Positions 9,283 to 16,735 of a DNA stretch of 32,000 nucleotides are shown here, in pieces. Every line of letters starts with the position of its first letter. Position 1 is the first letter of the stretch. Origin of the DNA: Candidatus Baldrarchaeum yapensis (GTDB lineage: Archaea; Asgardarchaeota; Baldrarchaeia; Baldrarchaeales; Baldrarchaeaceae). Below the pieces are notes generated by a model, which saw only the letters and a list, made by a program, of their open reading frames with translations, did not search any database and had not been told where the DNA came from. The stretch covers positions 56,924 through 88,923 of the forward strand of contig JAEOSH010000004.1 of the NCBI GenBank assembly GCA_016840465.1, in the 5' to 3' direction. Position numbers and translations under genes: made by a program.

Positions 9283-10482
9283 TCATATCGGAAGTGGAAT
9301 TTCCTTAACTCTTCCTTCCTCATCTACTTTCTTTACCTTTACTCCTATCGATGCTCCACCTTTCCTGAATTTCCCAGCCCACTCAAATACATCCATGGGG
9401 TTAACCGCGGCCTCGGGCGGGAAGACCCCCTTCATTTCTATTTTTCCTTGCGCCATAAGTATAGCTCCTATGGCAGCGGGTATGGCGGTCCCCTCCATCA
9501 TTCCACCTCTAGACACCGCCTCCGCGACGTACTGCACCTTCTTCCCCTTCTCCACTCCACCGATTACTATCTTCAGCGCGCCTATGGGTTCGGTGATGCC
9601 AGCCTTCTTGAGAAGTTCCTCCCTTCTTTTGAGAACGTACGACGCCACGAAGTCTATAGGTGCGATTTTCTGGCCGGCGACCTCTATCGGTTCCTCTTCT
9701 ATCATTCCTAGGCTTACGATCTTTATTATGAGTTCAAAGTACTCCTCCGGCAGCACGACTCCTCTGTTCATCACCCACTTCAATCCTTTTATGTAACGTG
9801 GCAACGTAATGGTCTCCGGGTGCGGATACGGGTACACCTTGCACTTTCCGATTTCGGGAAACTCCACCTCCTGTATAAGGGCGCGCCCACTTTCCTCAAG
9901 GAACTTTACCGTTTTTAACTGCCCGTTATCGAATACCGGAATGTCTATGAGCATTGAGTGTATCCGGTGCTTTATTACACCGGGTCCTTCGGGGTCCCCA
10001 CCGTGTGCGTGATAGATATCGACAGAGTGAGCCTCTTCCATTATTTGCTCGGCACAGAACTTTACGAAGACGTTTGCGGCGCCGGGGGAACTTCCCATGC
10101 CTATCAGTGCGGAGACTCCCGCTTCCTTCGCCATGCTATCGAGTTCAAGCATTTTGAGAGTGGCGTCGTAGTCGTCGCAAATATCAACGTAGTTCTTACC
10201 TGCCTTTATTGCGGTTTCGAGTATGGGAGGGCCATACCTGTAAAAGGGGCCAACACAGTTTACCACTATATCGACATCCTTAACTGCTTCTTTTATCGAC
10301 TCCGGGCTTTCGGCATTAACCTCCCTATATGACACATTGCCGCCGAGTTTCTCGGCAACCTCTTTTGCCCTTGCAGCGTTGATGTCGGCAAGAATGACCT
10401 CATCAAAGACATCGGACATCAGGAGTCCCCTGGCGGTCCAACTGCCCACGATTCCCGCGCCGCCGAGCACCACGACTTTCAT
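9283..10482 (-). CDS. Saccharopine dehydrogenase family NAD(P)-dependent oxidoreductase
   Basis: Rossmann VVVLGGAGIVG, VNCVGPFY, YVDICDD, GMGSSPG and HPETITLP motifs. Confidence 0.88.
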   Translation of the reverse strand: MKVVVLGGAGIVGSWTARGLLMSDVFDEVILADINAARAKEVAEKLGGNVSYREVNAESPESIKEAVKDVDIVVNCVGPFYRYGPPILETAIKAGKNYVDICDDYDATLKMLELDSMAKEAGVSALIGMGSSPGAANVFVKFCAEQIMEEAHSVDIYHAHGGDPEGPGVIKHRIHSMLIDIPVFDNGQLKTVKFLEESGRALIQEVEFPEIGKCKVYPYPHPETITLPRYIKGLKWVMNRGVVLPEEYFELIIKIVSLGMIEEEPIEVAGQKIAPIDFVASYVLKRREELLKKAGITEPIGALKIVIGGVEKGKKVQYVAEAVSRGGMMEGTAIPAAIGAILMAQGKIEMKGVFPPEAAVNPMDVFEWAGKFRKGGASIGVKVKKVDEEGRVKEIPLPI

Positions 10483-10760
10483 CTCAAATCACCATATATC
10501 TGGGAATATCTTGGAGTTTTTCAGATACTTAGTGGAGGTCGTGTTATTTAAGGGTTCCGGAGAATATGTCACTGAATCTGGAGTCGCGAAGGTGATAGTA
10601 CTTTCCTTTTGAGTCGGAAGCCGAAGCCGCGTCCCATCAATATGGTTGCCAATTATATCGACCAAATTCTATGTGGGAAGCTTGAAAGTCGTGTTCATGG
10701 CAAAATTTTATAAATGCCAAGAGGATCGCAAGGAAATCAATTTAGGCCCCCCATAATCCG

Positions 10761-11181
10761 CTAAAGCTTCTTTTCACTTTCTTCTCCCTCTACTGTGGTC
10801 TCCTCGGGTGCAAGGGCTCCACCTAATCCTGCAAACGCTACTACTGTAGATATCTGAAAGGAGCAAGCCGAATGTGTCAACTAAAGTCATCGCGTCACTA
10901 TTGCTCACGAGGAAAACTGCTTTCGCCCACAGGAGAATGACAAACCAAAACAAAAATGGTCCTATGAGGGGCACGAGGCCGATGGCTGAAGTGAATAACA
11001 CCGCGATGCCATAGGCAAACCCCTCTATCCAGCCAGTTGGTTTGCCCGATAGCGCTCCCACAGCCGATGAGTAAATTAACAGCAAGATAATGACTAGGTA
11101 GCCCATACTCGCGATTAACGTTGTGAGACGCAAGTGCATCACCGGAGAAGACCATCCTTTTTGCCGAGAGATATCAATCAA
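10761..11181 (-). pseudogene. Small multi-pass membrane protein, probable frameshift near 10855
   Basis: Several hydrophobic helices. The shifted frame gives a more natural end, ISTVVAFAGLGGALAPEETTVEGEESEKKL-stop (10761-10763). Confidence 0.5.
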
Positions 11182-11393
11182 AGAAATTACTAACCGTTGC
11201 TCACATAAGATTCTCGTAACCCAAATTTCGCAACATTTTCCCGGTAGCGATGCCAGACCCCTTTAGGTATCCGTATATCCCGAAAGACGCGTATGATGCG
11301 TAATATTACAAGTTATTAAATTTTGTCGTGAAAGTCATCACCTTCCGGCGGCTCGCCTCATGCAATCCACACGGCTTACCTAAAGTCTTAAAT

Positions 11394-11424
11394 TAGACAT
11401 CAGTGTCTAAGACACTGATGTCTA
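11394..11424. promoter_or_regulatory. 31-bp palindrome (15-bp perfect arms) between the TATA box and the ATPase start codon
   Basis: TAGACATCAGTGTCT-A-AGACACTGATGTCTA, preceded by TTAAAT (11388-11393). The last A is the A of ATG 11424. Confidence 0.7.
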
Positions 11425-11783
11425 TGAGGTACGATTACTTGGACACAATACTTTACCCGCAGGGAGAGCGGAACATATTCACGGATCGAGAGGATGTGCT
11501 TAAAAAGTTGGAAGTTTCCCTTGAAAGGGTGAAGGCAGGAGAATTTCGAGGTTTTCTTTTCATAGGCATAAGAAGATGCGGAAAAACGCTTATACTTAAG
11601 GAATTTTTGAAAAGAATAATAGGAGATCCTTCTATTAACGTATTCTACGTGGATTGTGAGAGCATTCCGCGTCAGCCTGATATCTTTACCGACCGACTCA
11701 TGAGTTGGTTCGTATACTGGTGCATCGAACGGGGGCGTGGCACACCTGAGCGCTATATGAACTTGGAGAATCTTCCGTTCTGA
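11424..11783 (+). pseudogene. N-terminal part (Walker A) of an archaeal AAA-wHTH-PD-(D/E)xK ATPase interrupted by an insertion
   Basis: IFTDREDVL and Walker A GIRRCGKT. Ends at TGA 11781-11783 before Walker B. Confidence 0.82.
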
Positions 11784-11957
11784 CTCTCCGCCACTTTTGT
11801 TGCATTCGATGCGTGTGTAGCGGAGAGTCTTCCCGTCTCGGGGTCCATCGACGGGCCTTCGCGGGGAACGGTACTCCGCACATCCATCTGGCCACTCGCT
11901 CCGCCCTTTCGGGCTTCCCCTCCCTCTTACCACCCATCCCACATCCCGGGCGGAGCC
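11775..11957 (-). ncRNA. Putative structured non-coding RNA of unknown family (about 180 nt)
   Basis: 113/180 G+C (63%) over 11781-11960. It has four or more stems, a GCCC-GAAA-GGGC GNRA hairpin and a G-U pair that work only on the minus strand, and a BRE/TATA 29 nt upstream of the first stem. Confidence 0.55.
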
Positions 11958-11979
11958 ATTTGACATAACAAAACCTTCC

Positions 11980-11994
11980 TTTATAAGGGTTTTG
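11980..11994 (-). promoter_or_regulatory. Archaeal promoter CAAAACCC-TTATAAA driving the putative ncRNA
   Basis: TTATAAA at 11986-11980 on the minus strand, with an A-rich BRE-like element. Expected TSS is about 11957. Confidence 0.5.
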
Positions 11995-12022
11995 AGGTTG
12001 CAAAAGTGCATGAAAGCAACGA

Positions 12023-13357
12023 ATGCAACACTATACGTTTCTGCCCCACATCATCGAGACCTTAGAGGCAGTTCCAGAGGGGTTGAAGCAGGCCGTGAGG
12101 GAGTATTTGGAAGCGCGAGGCATCGATATAAAGTTGAGAATAGCACTCTCCACGCCGCTTAGATTGAAACGCCCGGCGGTCATGATATTTGACGAGTTCC
12201 AAGATGCAATCGAGACCTTCTCACTCATGAAAATAGACATACTCGGAATTATGCGGGAGATCATGCGAGGGCGGGTTCTATTAGTACTCTCCGGGTCCAT
12301 TCGCAGCATAATGGAGAGGGTGGTCAAAACAGGAGAGGGCAGATACTTCCTCCAAATGGAGAGAATCGAGTTGGAGAGTTTCGATACGAAGAGCACGTGG
12401 GAAATGATTGAGAAAATCTGGGGGATGCCGGTATCGGGAAAAACGGTAAGAGAAATCATGAGGTTAACTGGGGGCTTTCCCTTCTATATCCACACGGTTC
12501 TCGAAAGGGCGCTCGAGAACTCAAAAATTTTCGGTGGACGACCCGAAGATTACATAGAACTATCCTTTTTCCAAGAGGCGTGTTCGAGCGGCGGGAAAAT
12601 CTACGAACATTGTCGCTACCTCTGGACAGATTACGTGAGGTATGCTAAACGAAGGGCCCTGCTGAGATCGATTTTGGAGAAAATTGCAATACATGGAGAA
12701 CTGACGCTCACAGATCTCGCCAAGATGTTGGGAAGAGACGCCTCCTACGTTCAAAAGTACTTGGACGAGTTGCTGAACCTTGGGCTGATAAAGAAAAGAG
12801 GAAGAAGATTTTCCATCTTCAACAGAGTTTTTTCCTTCTGGATACTTGCACGTAGAGAGATTCCTGAAGTGTCTAGGATCCCCTTCGGGGAGAAAGCGCT
12901 ACTAGAAAGACTGAGAGAGTTGGAAAGACGCACATCTAAGGTGGAAAGATCAATTGCCATAGGATTTGAAGCGTGGGTTCAGCGCGTATTGGAAAATGTT
13001 GCGGGAAAAACAATAGGAGCTCGTGAAGTCGGGATCACAAAGTTGGAGAAGGTGACACTCCCCAGTAACGTGAGAAAGAATCCCATTAAACGGATCGGGG
13101 ATGAAGTTTTTGAAGCCGATCTAGAGTTCTCAAACGGTATGAAATGTATAGTTGAAGTGACCGTCAAACGGGTTGATGCCGAGTACCTCAAGGAAATTGA
13201 AGAGATATGGCAGGCGGATATTCACTGGGTAGTGTCCAGAGAAGGTTTCACCACGTCCGCAGTTAAGTACGCTATGGAGAAAGAAAACTTCATACTCAGC
13301 GATTTGGAGGCAATAAACATGCTTTCGAGAAAGGTTGGCGTGAAACCATGGAGGTAG
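12023..13357 (+). pseudogene. C-terminal part (Walker B, wHTH, restriction-endonuclease-like domain) of the interrupted ATPase
   Basis: Walker B VMIFDEFQD, LVLSGS and LTGGFPFY; wHTH LTDLAKMLGRDASYVQKYLDELLNLGLI; FEADL..IVEVT..WVVSREGFT (DUF234-like tail). Confidence 0.82.
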
Positions 13358-13378
13358 CCTCTAAAACGGCGAAAACAT

Positions 13379-14701
13379 CTACCCGCATCTTATAGACTTC
13401 ACACATCTTTTAAAGTCCACTGATGTTACACATTCTTTAATCTTCCTAGAGATGCAACCCATTAGGAGCCCCGATTTGATGCCTAACCCTGCTAGCTTCC
13501 GCATATACTCATGCGGGTCCTCACCACGGTAAGTTGCCAGAATAAGTTCGGTTGCAACCACGTCTGCACACACCCGTCTCACAAGCCTCTTACCTCTATC
13601 CGAAAGCCTGAAATCCTCCTCTATGTACCTGTAAACGGAATCGACGATGTCATCGAACCTCTTAGCTGCCTCTAATATGGTAACCTCCAGGAGAACCTTA
13701 GAAAGTTCCTTATGCACTCTCTCCTCGGATGGAACTCCCCTCGCTACCTCTAGATCATGTCTCATAATGCTCCACGCCTTTAACTTATACATGTTTTTGT
13801 CAAAATGCAGAACTGCACCCTCGGTCACGTTACCAAGCCTCTTATTCACCTCCTCAAATGTGCCCATCAATTTCATCAGAAACTCTCTCAAATTGTCCTC
13901 TGACGGGAAGGGCACCCCATGAAGGCCCGTCTCCTCGATTACCTCCGAAACCTCCCCCCTCTCGACTCGAATGATACCATATCTCTTAACTAGAGGGAGC
14001 CCATAATCCGCCGCTATATCCTCTCGTTCTTCGGGCGATACGTGCTCGTAATTGTCCCATTCGTCGATGTCCCCTTTTCTACGTAAAAGGTGTGTCAACT
14101 CGAAGTGTATCCCGGGCTTGAGTTTTTCCACCTTCTCCGTCCTTCTCTTATCCGTAATACCCGTCAAAACCCCGTACTGTTCCTGAACAGCGGATCCCCA
14201 CACCTCAAATACCGGAATGTAACCCGCTTCTACCACCGCCATTACCTTTGACCGCAAATACCTCGGCATACGTTTCATAACGTCCATAATCCTGCCCTTC
14301 GAAACAACTGCTGTCCTCGTCTTCGGAACAACGATAAATCCCCCGTCCTTTCCGTAGATGGGATAAAAGAGGCAGTTAAACCCATCCCTCTTAACATCAA
14401 GATAAATGAGCCCTGAAAACTCGAGTAGGTTGGATGCCAGCTGCATACTTGGTATCTCAAAACAATACTCGAGCTTTGGCATGTTAGGCGTTATCTGGAA
14501 CCGAACCCTCTCGTTCTCGTGTATCACGACCTTCCCTAACCATCTATCGTGTCGCATCCAGATACTCGCCGTCACCTCACCATACCTGTCCACATTTAAC
14601 TTGAGAGTTCTCCAAACATTCTTCTTGCTCCAATCCGGCAACTTCATCAATCTCGGATCTGCCCAATTATTAGTTTTTCGCGAAATTGCAATCTCCTCCA
14701 A
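13379..14701 (-). CDS. ATP-dependent RNA ligase (covalent nucleotidyltransferase superfamily, Rnl-type)
   Basis: Motif I VKRDGFN (KxDG), Ia KTR, III FEVWG, IV EGAVL, V YKLK. No OB-fold pattern of DNA ligases is evident after motif V. The true start may be ATG 14647. Confidence 0.75.
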   Translation of the reverse strand: MEEIAISRKTNNWADPRLMKLPDWSKKNVWRTLKLNVDRYGEVTASIWMRHDRWLGKVVIHENERVRFQITPNMPKLEYCFEIPSMQLASNLLEFSGLIYLDVKRDGFNCLFYPIYGKDGGFIVVPKTRTAVVSKGRIMDVMKRMPRYLRSKVMAVVEAGYIPVFEVWGSAVQEQYGVLTGITDKRRTEKVEKLKPGIHFELTHLLRRKGDIDEWDNYEHVSPEEREDIAADYGLPLVKRYGIIRVERGEVSEVIEETGLHGVPFPSEDNLREFLMKLMGTFEEVNKRLGNVTEGAVLHFDKNMYKLKAWSIMRHDLEVARGVPSEERVHKELSKVLLEVTILEAAKRFDDIVDSVYRYIEEDFRLSDRGKRLVRRVCADVVATELILATYRGEDPHEYMRKLAGLGIKSGLLMGCISRKIKECVTSVDFKRCVKSIRCG

Positions 14702-14987
14702 AATTCGTGAATCATTACGTATTCACGGCGGTCTTAGAGATCCTCCTAGGTGCCTTATAAGTTGATGTGATCGTGCAAATACGCAATTGCGTTTAGTCGC
14801 CCCCAGAGACAAATGTTAGGAACAAATTCTTCCAAATTTAACATCGAATCTCGACATAAGTTTCGATTTGACGATCATTAACGGACCTCTCAAAACTTAT
14901 ATGAGCGCCGCCCGTATCATGTTCATAGACGCTTTTGTAGGATGAGTGGGGATCAAGAGTATAGCGGAGTATAGGGAGGTAGCGGTC

Positions 14988-15935
14988 ATGCAGGATCTCC
15001 TAATTGATCCACTGCTGGCCGTAGTTATCATAATAGTCACAATACTACTGATATTCATACTCTCCGGAATAAAGGTCCTGGCAGAGTACGAGAGAGCGGT
15101 CATCTTCAGGCTGGGAAGGGCGCTTCCGGGAGTAAAGGGGCCGGGGATCATTTACGTCATCCCAATAATCGACAGAATGGTAAAAGTAGATCTGCGGGAA
15201 CACTTCTTCGACGTGCCACCCCAGCGTTGCATAACCAAGGATAACGCTCCAGTCGATATCGATGTCCTTATTTACTACAAGGTGATAAACGCGCGGGACT
15301 CCGTAATTAAGGTCCGAAACTTCCGAGATGCCGCGATAGGAATAGCCCAGACGACGCTTAGGAGCGTCATCGGAGACATGGTGCTTGATGATGTGCTTGC
15401 AAAAAGGGAATACATAAACCAAATTCTCAGAGAAAAACTTGACGAGGTAACGGCTAGGTGGGGCGTCAAGATAACCCTCGTGGAGATAAGGGAAATAACC
15501 CCACCGATCAAGGTCACCGAGGCGATGATAAAGCAGATGGAGAGTGAAAGGATAAGAAGGGCCATGATCACCGAGGCGAACGGGAAGCGCGAATCCGCGA
15601 TAAAGGTAGCGGAGGGGGAGAAGCAAGCTGCCATTTTAAGAGCAGAAGGGGAGCGACAAGCTGCAATCTTGAAAGCAGAGGGAGAAAGACAAGCGATGAT
15701 ACTGAGATCTGAGGGGTTCGCAATGGCACTTGAAAGGATCTTCAACGTTGCGAGAAGGCTCGACCAGAAGACAATGGCGCTTCAGTACCTCGAAACCTTG
15801 AAGACCCTTGGCTCGAGTCCCGCGACAAAGTACGTGTTCCCCGTGGAATTCTTGAGCCTGATGGCACCACTTAGGGAGTTCCTCCAATCGGTTACTGCTA
15901 CGACATCCAAATCCGCTAAGTCGTCCGGCGGATAG
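14988..15935 (+). CDS. SPFH/Band-7 (stomatin/QmcA-like) membrane protein
   Basis: N-terminal TM; EYERAVIFRLGR, GPG..IIPIID, VDLRE, ITKDN, AQTTLRSVIG and QMESER..AEG motifs; EGE(K/R)QAAIL repeats. RBS GGAGGT before ATG 14988. Confidence 0.93.
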   Translation: MQDLLIDPLLAVVIIIVTILLIFILSGIKVLAEYERAVIFRLGRALPGVKGPGIIYVIPIIDRMVKVDLREHFFDVPPQRCITKDNAPVDIDVLIYYKVINARDSVIKVRNFRDAAIGIAQTTLRSVIGDMVLDDVLAKREYINQILREKLDEVTARWGVKITLVEIREITPPIKVTEAMIKQMESERIRRAMITEANGKRESAIKVAEGEKQAAILRAEGERQAAILKAEGERQAMILRSEGFAMALERIFNVARRLDQKTMALQYLETLKTLGSSPATKYVFPVEFLSLMAPLREFLQSVTATTSKSAKSSGG

Positions 15936-16259
15936 CCAAATCTTCCATTTATTTTTATAGTCAATGATTTAGATGGCGCCACCGCATTACGAAGCATATG
16001 TTCTAACTAATCTTGCGTCCCTTTGCGAGGATGTTGCCATGGGAGATGCAAGATCCGCGCTCATCGAGTTGCTTTCGCTGATGAGAAGTTTCCCTAGACT
16101 GATGGCGTGGTTGCTGGAAAAATTAAGACATTGCCATGCCAACATCATCGAGTTAATGCAATCCGCGATAATGGGCGTCATACGATCGTATTAGAGGAAA
16201 ACGCATGTGAATCGCTTATTTTTCAAATATTACTCCTGCTGGTCGAAGAAGGCAATCCG

Positions 16260-16469
16260 ATGAGTACGGATTCGAGTAAGGCCAATGAACTACCGCTTCT
16301 CCTTGAGGAAGTAGAAAAACGTTTTCGCACATCCCCGTCTCTTCATCATAAACATAACATTGAGAGGGTGGAGCGAATAGTACGGGGAATGCTTGGAAAC
16401 GATGCCGTCGAGAGGTTTAGGAGGTTCGTCGGGGAGAAACGAGGGAAGTTTGTCGTTAATAATATATGA
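16260..16469 (+). CDS. Small hypothetical protein
   Basis: 69-aa charged helical ORF (MSTDSSKANELPLLLEEVEKRF...); no family recognised. Confidence 0.3.
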   Translation: MSTDSSKANELPLLLEEVEKRFRTSPSLHHKHNIERVERIVRGMLGNDAVERFRRFVGEKRGKFVVNNI

Positions 16470-16735
16470 GAAGTGGTGCACGGCCCCTGTCGACTGCCAG
16501 TACGCATACGTGCTCTGAGGCACAAGCATACCAGCAGTATGGGACAGGGCTCATAGGCCCATGTGCCGGGGCCCGTGCACCATTATATTCTCCAAGGTTT
16601 CTGCAAATATTTCTTTCGCATAACCGGCATAACCGCCATCAACCAGCAATAACAACAATGGTGAAAATTTTGTCAATTGGCATGGAGTTTTCAATTGGAG
16701 TTTTCATGGAGGGCGGGGATCGATTTTTGACGGTG

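Noticed and set aside
11781-11830. Selenocysteine or readthrough at TGA 11781 followed by a hairpin
   Set aside because: Readthrough hits another TGA at 11961 and never enters the Walker B frame.
11775-11871. Group I intron P1-like helix on the + strand (CCGUUCU/GGAACGG with a terminal U-G)
   Set aside because: No P3-P7 core is recognisable and no in-frame terminal G avoids a stop. The same pairing is explained by the minus-strand fold.
11775-11957. Known RNAs (tRNA, 5S, SRP, RNase P, C/D sRNA, cobalamin riboswitch)
   Set aside because: Only fragmentary resemblances. Hallmark motifs (GUUCGA, CCGAAC, SRP helix 8, GAGGAAAGUCC/GGCUUA, box C) were not found by eye; an Rfam scan is still needed.
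11400-12011. 203-aa and 101-aa minus-strand ORFs across the insertion
   Set aside because: They have low-complexity R/G/P composition from the GC-rich segment and are antisense to a clear ATPase gene.
11770-12030. BHB-type mRNA intron: a 4-bp helix CGUU(11776-79)/AACG(12018-21) whose predicted cuts would give an in-frame splice
   Set aside because: The flanking exon and intron helices needed for a BHB do not form, and an in-frame result has a 1-in-3 chance.
15610-15720. Three 33-nt imperfect tandem repeats
   Set aside because: They encode the ordinary EGE(K/R)QAAIL coiled-coil repeats of QmcA-type SPFH proteins.
15973-16194. 73-aa ORF downstream of the SPFH gene
   Set aside because: No motif, and it overlaps competing ORFs; cannot be supported.
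16674-16710. 11-bp direct repeat TGGAGTTTTCA x2
   Set aside because: Only two copies with a 13-nt period; not a CRISPR array or a supported iteron.
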